Source of the DNA: Nostoc punctiforme PCC 73102
Lineage (GTDB): Bacteria; Cyanobacteriota; Cyanobacteriia; Cyanobacteriales; Nostocaceae
Assembly (NCBI RefSeq): GCF_000020025.1
Contig: NC_010628.1
Location: 2,640,001 to 2,672,000, forward strand
Length of the DNA: 32,000 nucleotides
Direction of reading: 5' to 3'
Shown: one piece after another, positions 25,681 through 32,000 of the stretch
How positions within the stretch are numbered: the first letter of the stretch is position 1
Layout: every line of letters starts with the position of its first letter
Program-made: the position numbers and the translations under genes
Notes under the pieces: model-generated
Told to the model about the DNA's origin: nothing
Databases searched by the model: none
What the model saw: only the letters and a program-made list of their open reading frames with translations

Positions 25681-26169
25681 ATGGTAGATGGTTCAACCCT
25701 GTTGACCACAATTTTTGTGCTAGTAGATGATTGGTATCAGCAAAAAGGCTATCGTTATATACCGTTATTATCAAGACCATCACCAAGATTTACAGATAGT
25801 GAGATGTTGACGCTGTTAGTGGCAATAGATTTTTCCCATACCCAGGAGAACAGCAGTTTTTAGGGTTTGTCAGAGTAAACAAATGCGAGCCTATTCCCGA
25901 AATTACCAGACCAAAGCCAATTCTAGCGTTGAGCCAGACGCATGGAGGGAATGCTCGAAGAACTAAGACATTTTTGGGTTCGAGACTTAGGGGTAATATT
26001 TGAGCGCACTTTTTTGTTAGATACAAAACCAGTAGCAGTAGTTGGCTACAAACGCGGCAAAGTCCAAAGTGATTTTACTGCCAGTGCTGATTATGGGTGG
26101 TGTGCCAGTCGAAAAATGAAGCGTTTAGGCATTGATGTCCTTATTTTTGAACAACATCCTGTGGCTTAA
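25681..26169 (+). pseudogene. IS982-like / IS4-superfamily DDE transposase remnant with in-frame nonsense codons, 3'-truncated
   Basis: A single frame (frame 1) reads MVDGSTLLTTIFVLVDDWYQQ...RFTDSEMLTLLVAIDFSHTQENSSF-stop-GLSE-stop-TNASLFPKLPDQSQF-stop-R-stop-ARRMEGMLEELRHFW...FLLDTKPVAVVGYKRGKVQSDFTASADYGWCASRKMK. The VDDWY ... SDSE.LT ... LFP.LPDQSQFNRRAR ... LLDTKPVPV..YKR...SDF..SA.YG.CAS layout is that of this transposase type as I recall it. Similarity ends near 26125 and the DDE core is absent. The family name is uncertain. Confidence 0.55.
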
Positions 26170-26201
26170 TTCACATAAAGCGTATATTTTAAATATCTAT
26201 G

Positions 26202-26279
26202 TTCTTAACTTTCTTAACTTTCCTAAATTTCTTAAATTTCTTAACTGTTCTCTTAAATATCTTCTTAAATGTCTTAACT
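26202..26279. repeat. Tandem array of about 8 units with core TCTTAA(A/C)T (mostly 9-nt period)
   Basis: Units: TTCTTAACT (26202), TTCTTAACT (26211), TTCCTAAAT (26220), TTCTTAAAT (26229), TTCTTAACT (26238), GTTCTCTTAAAT (26247), ATCTTCTTAAAT (26259), GTCTTAACT (26271). The array begins 33 nt after the IS982-like remnant. Confidence 0.9.
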
Positions 26280-26565
26280 GGTCTTGCATCTTATTTAAAA
26301 AACTGGGATTATCTATTTGAATATATCTACTGAATGATTAAAAATAAATTATGATGTTGTTTACAAATTAATAATTTTAATTAATAGTAGGATTGTAGTT
26401 TTAGCATACAACGATGTGCCTGACTGCGGTGTAGGTCAAACAACACCCCTGCGACATCAAAGGTAAGATAACACTTGAAATAGAACAATATGAAAAATAG
26501 CTTGTCTTCTACCTCGCCTTTCTGCCTCCTCCCAGGGAACGTTTCCGTAGCTTTTTTCTAGATGA

Positions 26566-26596
26566 GGCGATGCCTACGGTGGCAAGCTACGCCTCC
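26566..26596. repeat. GC-rich short dispersed repeat, copy C
   Basis: GGCGATGCCTACGGTGGCAAGCTACGCCTCC. It is the same family as copies A and B (GCGATGCCTAYGG...CTRCGCCTAC). Confidence 0.65.
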
Positions 26597-27204
26597 TGAT
26601 TGAGTATAATTTCAAATGTAAAAGTTTATCAAATGCCTTGTGGTTTAGCCCAGTAAATGCCCTCAGTAGGCGGTCAACTTTTATTACCCGATTGTTATCT
26701 AGCATTTTCCTGTTTCATTCCAGTCGATAATACTTCACTTTATCTTAATTAATCGACAAGTCTATTAAGGCTATTCATAAAGAACGTAGCAAAACCAAAT
26801 CTGTTCAAGTTCTCCTCAAATAAATTAAAAGTTTACCGATTACAGAGGAGCAAAAAATCAAACTTAAAAAATGAACTTAGCCCAAAAAATTTTACCGATA
26901 ACCAAGATATTTAAATTTCAAAAAAGTTTAAGTTTTTAATAAATAATTTTGATGTCTATTTGTTAGTTAATATCAACTCACTTTGAGCATAATTATATTT
27001 AGCTAATTTCACTATCATAAAAACGAAATATATCTTGGTACAAAACCTAGATATTAGCCAAGAAAAATAGTTCTAATACTACCAATGTAACAGTGGCAAA
27101 AAGAGTAAGTTCATCTAAACAAAAGTTTTTTGAGTAGCAAAGACTCTATTTGTGCATTATTTGTATTTTTATAACTAAGATTGTCAGGATTTTAAGGGGT
27201 TTTA

Positions 27205-28560
27205 ATGGATAGAATTATAAAAACAAGTTTCCCACTCTCTTCTGGACAAGAAGCAATGTGGTTTATCTACCAAATTGCTCCAGAGAGCGTTGCTTATAAT
27301 ATATTTACTACTGTAAAAATCAATTCTTATTTAAATATTGTTGCTGTCAATCGTGTATGGGAGAAAATTATTGAACGCCATCCTATTCTCAGAACCACAT
27401 ATACCAATTTTGAAGGCAAACCCGTTCAGCAAGTTAATCAACAATATAAATGTAATGTTGAGGTAATAAATGCCAGCAATTGGAGTGAAGATTACTTAAA
27501 AGAGAAAATATTTGCTATAACTGACAGCCCTTTTGAGTTAGAAAAAGATGCTGTTTTGAGAATTAATTTATTTACTCGCTCAACAAAAGAACACATTCTC
27601 TTGCTAACAATGCACCACATTGCAGGTGATATGTGGTCTTTTGATTTACTGTTGAGTGAATTTCAAACTTTGTATGCCAAGGAAGTTGAGCAAGTTAGTC
27701 AAGAGCAGATCCAAACCGCTCCAGATTCTTTCACTGAAAATAAATCTTATCTAGATTTTGTTCGCTGGCAGTCAGAAATGCTATCTGGTTCTAGAGGAGA
27801 AAAACTGTGGCAATACTGGCAAAAACAATTAGCTGGCGAATTACCAATTTTAAATCTGTTTGCAGACAAACCCCGTCCCCCAGTACAGACTTATCAAGGA
27901 ACAGGATATAGTTTAAAACTAGATGAACAGTTAATTCAAAAACTCAAATGTCTAGCTCTAGCTTCTGGAACAAGCCTTTATCAGGTTTTGCTAGCAGCAT
28001 TTTACGTGCTACTTTATCGCTACACGAATCAAACAGACATCCTCATAGGCAGCCCGATGAGAGGTAGATGGGGTGGAGATTTTAAAGAGATTGTCGGTTA
28101 CTTTGTTAACCTGATGGTTTTACGAACTTCCGTACAGGAAAACGCCACATTTACAGAATTTCTGGCTCACATCAGCAAGACAGTTAAAGAAGCCCAAAAA
28201 CATCAAGATTACCCTTTTTCTCTGTTAGCAGAACAACTCGAACCAGAACGAGATCCCAGTCGTTCTCCTTTATGTCAAGTTAGTTTCACTTGGCAAAGAC
28301 AACGTTGGTGCGAACAAACAGAGAATTCATTGCACAGTGAAGAACAAGTGCTTGAAATGAAGCCATACTTGCTGGGACATCAACGCGGTGCAGACTTTGA
28401 TCTGAATTTAATGGTGATGGAAGCTCAGGGAGTATTGCAACTCTGCTGGCAATATAATACTGACTTGTTTGAGGCTAGTACAATCACGCGTATTGCAGGG
28501 CATTTTGTTACCTTGCTTGAAGGTATTGTAGCTAATCCTCAAAAGCAGATTTGGCAATTA
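27205..28560 (+). other. NRPS condensation domain 1 (at the protein N-terminus)
   Basis: C1-like motif FPLSSGQEAMWFIYQIAPESVAYNI. The His motif is MHHIAGDMWS (HH at 27613-27618, Asp at 27628-27630), with Met after the Asp instead of the usual Gly. Confidence 0.85.
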
Positions 28561-31500
28561 CCTCTGCTGACAGAAATTGAACAACAGCAGTTATTAGTTG
28601 AGTGGAATGATACAGGTGTAGATTATCTCCAAGATAAATGTATCCATCAGTTATTTGAGGAGCAAGTAGAGCGGACCCCCGATGCTATAGCAGTTGTGTT
28701 TGAAAATCAACAATTGACTTACCAGCAGTTGAATTGTCGCGCTAACCAATTAGCCCATTACTTGCAATCTTTGGGCGTGGGTGAAAATGTGCTGGTGGGT
28801 TTGTGTGTAGAACGTTCCTTAGAAATGGTGGTGGGACTATTGGGGATTCTCAAGGCGGGTGGAGCTTATGTACCACTTGACCCTGAGTATCCTGCTGAAC
28901 GCTTAAGCTTCATGCTCAAAGACACTCAAGTAAAAGTGCTGTTGACTCAAGAGAAATTAGTAGAATCTCTTCCTCAACATCAAGCTTGTGTCGTTTGCTT
29001 AGACACAGACTGGCAAAGCATTAGCCAAGTAAATCAAGATAATCTTGATAGCACAGTCAGTGCAGAAAACCTCTCTTATGTGATTTACACCTCCGGTTCT
29101 ACAGGCACACCCAAGGGAGTCGCCGTTACTCATCAGGCCGTCAATCGCCTGATGTTAAACACCAACTATATACAGTTAACAGCTGATGAATGCGTTGCTC
29201 AAGCGGCAAATATTGCTTTTGATGCAGCTACCTTTGAGATTTGGGGAGCATTGCTGCACGGAGCCAAGCTAGTCATTATCACTAAATTCGTATTGCTGAT
29301 CCCAGAAGAATTTGCTGTCAATATCCACGAGCATCAAATCAGTGTCTTATTTTTAACCACAGCTTTATTTAATCAGTTAGCAAGTGTTGTCCCGCAAGCA
29401 TTTAGTTCTCTACGATATCTATTATTTGGTGGTGAAGCGGTTGATCCCAAATGGGTGCTTGAAGTACTAGATAAAGGCGCTCCCCAGCATTTGCTCCATG
29501 TGTATGGGCCAACAGAGAACACCACGTTTTCTTCTTGGTATTTGGTAGAGGATTTAGCAACGACAGCCACAACTATTCCCATTGGTCGGGCGATCGCCAA
29601 TACGCAAATCTACATCCTTGACCAAAACTTACAGCCTGTACCAGTAGGTGTGCCAGGAGAAATATATCTTGGTGGAGCAGGATTAGCACAGGGCTACTTC
29701 AACCGCCCTGAATTGACAAAAGATAAATTCATCCCCAATCCGTTTGATAATTCCAAATTATATAAAACGGGGGATTTGGCACACTATTTAGCAGATGGCA
29801 ACATAGAATACTTAGGACGCATTGACAATCAAGTAAAAATACGTGGTTTCCGCATCGAATTGAGCGAAATCGAAGTAGTCCTAAGCCAACATAGTGATGT
29901 GCAAGTATCTTGTGTCATTGTCCGGGAAGATACCCCTGGTGATACTTGTACTGAGCGACTTGTGCCGAGCGGAGCCGAGGTAAGTCGAAGTAAACGTTTA
30001 GTCGCCTACGTGGTAGCATATCAAGATTGTAAACCCACAATCAGCGAACTGCGGCAATTCCTCACAGCAAAACTCCCAGATTACATGGTGCCAAATGCAA
30101 TAGTTATCTTGGAGTCACTGCCGCTTACTCCCAACGGCAAAGTAGACCGCCGTGCCTTACCCATACCGGATTTACACAGCGAACAACAAGAAAAATTTGT
30201 TGCACCTCGTAATCCAATGGAAGAAATGCTGGCACTCCTTTGGACACAAGTGCTGAAAGTAGAGCTTTTAGGTATTCATGACAACTTCTTTGAACTTGGC
30301 GGACACTCGCTACTAGCAACACAATTAGTTTCACGCATCCGTAACGTTTTTAAACTGGAACTACCATTGCGTGAGTTGTTTGCAAGAGCGACAGTAGCCG
30401 AATTAGCAAAATCAATTAGGCAGTTACAGCAACAGGCACTTCGACTTACCTCGGCTCCGCTCGGCACAAGTCGCTCAGTACAAGACTTAGAACTATCTGA
30501 ACCACCTATTTTACCAAAGATGAGGGATGCAGAATTACCACTGTCTTATGCTCAACAGCGTCTGTGGTTTTTAGATCAGTTCGAGCCGAATAGCGCCTTT
30601 TACAACATTCCTATGGCTTTGCGTCTAGTGGGAAATTTGAATCAACCAGCCCTAGAACAAAGCTTACTAGAGATTATTCATCGCCACGAAGCCTTACGCA
30701 CCAATTTTATTAGAGTTGATGGAAAACCTTCTCAAATTATTCAAACACAAACGAATTGGACAGTTTCAGTTATTGACTTAAAGTATTTATCTACAACCGA
30801 TCAAGAAATTACTAGCCAGGAATTAGCACGACAACAAGCTATTGAGCCTTTTGACCTGGCAAACGGAGCATTAATCAGGACAACATTACTAGTGCTGTCC
30901 CAGACAGAACACATATTGTTAGTTTGTATGCATCATGTTGTCAGTGATGGCTGGTCAATGGGTGTGTTTGTTCAAGAACTAGCAGCGCTGTACGATGCTT
31001 ATGCTCAAGGTCAGCCGTCACCTTTAACACCGCTACCGATTCAGTATGCAGATTTTGCTATCTGGCAAAGAGAGTGGTTACAAGGAAATGTACTGCAAAA
31101 CCAACTAACTTACTGGCAACAACAACTGGCAAACGCACCAGCCTTGTTGTCCCTACCCACAGACCGACCAAGACCTGCTGTGCAGACTTTTGCTGGTGCA
31201 TATCAAAAGTTTGCCCTCTCTGCTGAACTCACTGGTAGGTTGATACAACTGAGTCAGAAACAAGGGGTGACTTTGTTCATGACACTTTTGGCAGCGTTTG
31301 ATACCCTGCTTTACCGCTACACAGGTACAGAAGACATTTTGGTGGGATCTCCCATTGCTAACCGCGATCGCAGTGAGATAGAAGGGTTAATTGGCTTTTT
31401 TGTCAATACTTTAGTCATGCGTACTGACTTAGCAGGCAACCCCAGTTTTAGCGAATTACTGACTCGTGTCCGCGAAATAGCGATGGAGGCATACTCGCAT

Positions 31501-32000
31501 CAGCATTTGCCTTTTGAAATGCTAGTGGAAGCATTGCAGCCAGAACGGGATCTTAGCCATACACCGCTATTCCAGGTGATGTTTACACTTCAGAATGCGC
31601 CCATATCGACCGTGGAGTTAAATCAGTTAAGTGTCAGTTCAACGTTGATAGAAGGTACAACTGCCAAGTTTGATCTTACCTTGTCAATGGAAAATACTGC
31701 TACTGGAGTAGTGGGTGTGTGGGAATATAGCACTGACTTGTTTGATGCCAGCACAATTGAGCGAATGACGGGTCATTTTGTGACATTGCTTGAAAGTATT
31801 ATTGCTAACCCACAACAGTCCATTTCTCAATTGCCCCTGTTGACAGAAATTGAGCAACAACAGTTATTGGTTGAGTGGAACAATACTCAAGCGGATTATC
31901 CCCTTGATAAATGTCTCCATCAGTTGTTTGAGGAGCAAGTAGCGCGTACACCCGATGCTGTAGCGGTGGTGTTTGAAAACCAACAACTGACTTACCAGCA
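27205..32000 (+). CDS. Non-ribosomal peptide synthetase, C-A-T-C-A..., 3' end outside the window
   Basis: It is not in the supplied ORF track because frame 1 has no stop from 27196 to the window end. The ATG at 27205 is preceded by AAGGGG (27194-27199), and an in-frame TAA at 27193-27195 closes the frame upstream. Spot translations at 27205, 27610, 28702, 29161-29640, 29941, 30121, 30298, 30430, 30931 and 31951 are all in frame 1 with NRPS core motifs. Confidence 0.9.
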   Translation, partial: MDRIIKTSFPLSSGQEAMWFIYQIAPESVAYNIFTTVKINSYLNIVAVNRVWEKIIERHPILRTTYTNFEGKPVQQVNQQYKCNVEVINASNWSEDYLKEKIFAITDSPFELEKDAVLRINLFTRSTKEHILLLTMHHIAGDMWSFDLLLSEFQTLYAKEVEQVSQEQIQTAPDSFTENKSYLDFVRWQSEMLSGSRGEKLWQYWQKQLAGELPILNLFADKPRPPVQTYQGTGYSLKLDEQLIQKLKCLALASGTSLYQVLLAAFYVLLYRYTNQTDILIGSPMRGRWGGDFKEIVGYFVNLMVLRTSVQENATFTEFLAHISKTVKEAQKHQDYPFSLLAEQLEPERDPSRSPLCQVSFTWQRQRWCEQTENSLHSEEQVLEMKPYLLGHQRGADFDLNLMVMEAQGVLQLCWQYNTDLFEASTITRIAGHFVTLLEGIVANPQKQIWQLPLLTEIEQQQLLVEWNDTGVDYLQDKCIHQLFEEQVERTPDAIAVVFENQQLTYQQLNCRANQLAHYLQSLGVGENVLVGLCVERSLEMVVGLLGILKAGGAYVPLDPEYPAERLSFMLKDTQVKVLLTQEKLVESLPQHQACVVCLDTDWQSISQVNQDNLDSTVSAENLSYVIYTSGSTGTPKGVAVTHQAVNRLMLNTNYIQLTADECVAQAANIAFDAATFEIWGALLHGAKLVIITKFVLLIPEEFAVNIHEHQISVLFLTTALFNQLASVVPQAFSSLRYLLFGGEAVDPKWVLEVLDKGAPQHLLHVYGPTENTTFSSWYLVEDLATTATTIPIGRAIANTQIYILDQNLQPVPVGVPGEIYLGGAGLAQGYFNRPELTKDKFIPNPFDNSKLYKTGDLAHYLADGNIEYLGRIDNQVKIRGFRIELSEIEVVLSQHSDVQVSCVIVREDTPGDTCTERLVPSGAEVSRSKRLVAYVVAYQDCKPTISELRQFLTAKLPDYMVPNAIVILESLPLTPNGKVDRRALPIPDLHSEQQEKFVAPRNPMEEMLALLWTQVLKVELLGIHDNFFELGGHSLLATQLVSRIRNVFKLELPLRELFARATVAELAKSIRQLQQQALRLTSAPLGTSRSVQDLELSEPPILPKMRDAELPLSYAQQRLWFLDQFEPNSAFYNIPMALRLVGNLNQPALEQSLLEIIHRHEALRTNFIRVDGKPSQIIQTQTNWTVSVIDLKYLSTTDQEITSQELARQQAIEPFDLANGALIRTTLLVLSQTEHILLVCMHHVVSDGWSMGVFVQELAALYDAYAQGQPSPLTPLPIQYADFAIWQREWLQGNVLQNQLTYWQQQLANAPALLSLPTDRPRPAVQTFAGAYQKFALSAELTGRLIQLSQKQGVTLFMTLLAAFDTLLYRYTGTEDILVGSPIANRDRSEIEGLIGFFVNTLVMRTDLAGNPSFSELLTRVREIAMEAYSHQHLPFEMLVEALQPERDLSHTPLFQVMFTLQNAPISTVELNQLSVSSTLIEGTTAKFDLTLSMENTATGVVGVWEYSTDLFDASTIERMTGHFVTLLESIIANPQQSISQLPLLTEIEQQQLLVEWNNTQADYPLDKCLHQLFEEQVARTPDAVAVVFENQQLTYQ
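28645..30160 (+). other. NRPS adenylation domain 1
   Basis: Motifs are LTYQQLNCRANQLAHYL, YVIYTSGSTGTPKGV, FDAATFEIWGALLHGAKLV, NVYGPTEN-type HVYGPTENTTF, GEIYLGGAGLAQGYFNRPELT, YKTGDLA, GRIDNQVKIRGFRIELSEIE, LPDYMVPNAIV and PLTPNGKVDRRAL (Lys at 30139-30141). Confidence 0.9.
29945..29991. repeat. 47-nt small repeat, copy 1 (inside NRPS A domain 1)
   Basis: CTTGTACTGAGCGACTTGTGCCGAGCGGAGCCGAGGTAAGTCGAAGT. It is the exact reverse complement of 30438-30484. Confidence 0.95.
30205..30430 (+). other. NRPS thiolation (PCP) domain 1
   Basis: DNFFELGGHSLLATQLVSRIR, with the phosphopantetheine Ser codon TCG at 30307-30309. Confidence 0.9.
30438..30484. repeat. 47-nt small repeat, copy 2 (inverted, in the NRPS T-C linker)
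   Basis: ACTTCGACTTACCTCGGCTCCGCTCGGCACAAGTCGCTCAGTACAAG. The match to copy 1 is 47/47 and stops at both ends (29944/30485 and 29992/30437 do not pair). Confidence 0.95.
30535..31850 (+). other. NRPS condensation domain 2 (LCL-like)
   Basis: Motifs are LPLSYAQQRLWFLDQFEPNSAFYNIP, MHHVVSDGWSMGVF (HH at 30931-30936, DG at 30946-30951), RPAVQTFAGA and IGFFVNTLVMRTD. Confidence 0.85.
31915..32000 (+). other. Start of NRPS adenylation domain 2
   Basis: LHQLFEEQVARTPDAVAVVFENQQLTYQ. It is roughly 80 percent identical at the DNA level, by eye, to the start of A domain 1 (28640-28740). Confidence 0.8.

Noticed and set aside
25512-26026. Track ORFs 25512-25709(-) and 25790-26026(-)
   Set aside because: The first lies in the AT-rich leader of the IS remnant. 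The second is antisense to the transposase pseudogene frame, which shows recognisable family motifs.
26202-26279. CRISPR array interpretation of the repeat region
   Set aside because: The units are 9-12 nt and directly abutting with no spacers. CRISPR repeats are about 24-48 nt and are separated by unique spacers. No cas genes are present in the window.
26132-26320. Track ORF 26132-26320(+), 62 aa (…LNFLNFPKFLKFLNCSLKYLLKCLN…)
   Set aside because: The peptide is simply the nonamer DNA array translated, giving a periodic L/N/F/K pattern. It starts inside the truncated transposase tail.
29373-30467. Track ORFs 29373-29600(-), 30125-30334(-) and 30276-30467(-)
   Set aside because: They are antisense within the NRPS gene. 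The last one owes its start (MPSGAEVSRS) to the inverted 47-nt repeat, which mirrors the sense-strand peptide of copy 1.
1-32000. tRNA, rRNA, tmRNA or riboswitch genes
   Set aside because: Scanning by eye, I found no cloverleaf-compatible segment (for example a GTTCGAATC-type T-arm with a matching acceptor stem) and no rRNA-like conserved blocks. The two GGTTC-containing spots (25685, 25977) lie inside the transposase pseudogene frame. A covariance-model scan would be needed to exclude small RNAs in the ORF-free stretches 24570-25680 and 26280-27204.

Overview
This is cyanobacterial DNA, most likely from a filamentous heterocyst-forming (Nostocales-type) genome. The HIP1 octamer GCGATCGC occurs about 27 times by eye (about 0.5 expected by chance). 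DevB/DevC-family exporter genes and small GC-rich dispersed repeats are also present. The window has five blocks. (1) 1-4956 (+): a che-like operon of CheY, double-CheW, soluble GAF-MCP and a CheA-like kinase whose ATP-binding boxes look degenerate. (2) 4957-5583: an IS1-family transposase remnant where a devA ATPase gene would be expected. (3) 5584-19933 (-): a seven-gene co-directional secondary-lipid cluster. It encodes a 2230-aa hotdog-AT-KS-CLF-KR-DH megasynthase, an Sfp/HetI-type PPTase, an ACP-ACP-FabL-like reductase fusion, two tandem paralogous membrane desaturases, DevB and DevC. (4) 19934-27204: an AT-rich, IS-scarred accessory stretch with IS630-type and IS982-like pseudogenes, tandem nonamer arrays and hairpin repeats. 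It carries two uncharacterised AAA-like (PF14516-type) ATPase genes, one with an N-terminal HTH. (5) 27205 to beyond 32000 (+): an NRPS that begins with a condensation domain (C-A-T-C-A...). It is absent from the ORF track because it has no stop in the window. It carries two perfect 47-bp inverted copies of a small repeat, each inserted in frame. All family calls come from motif recognition by eye; no database search or computation beyond hand counting was possible.
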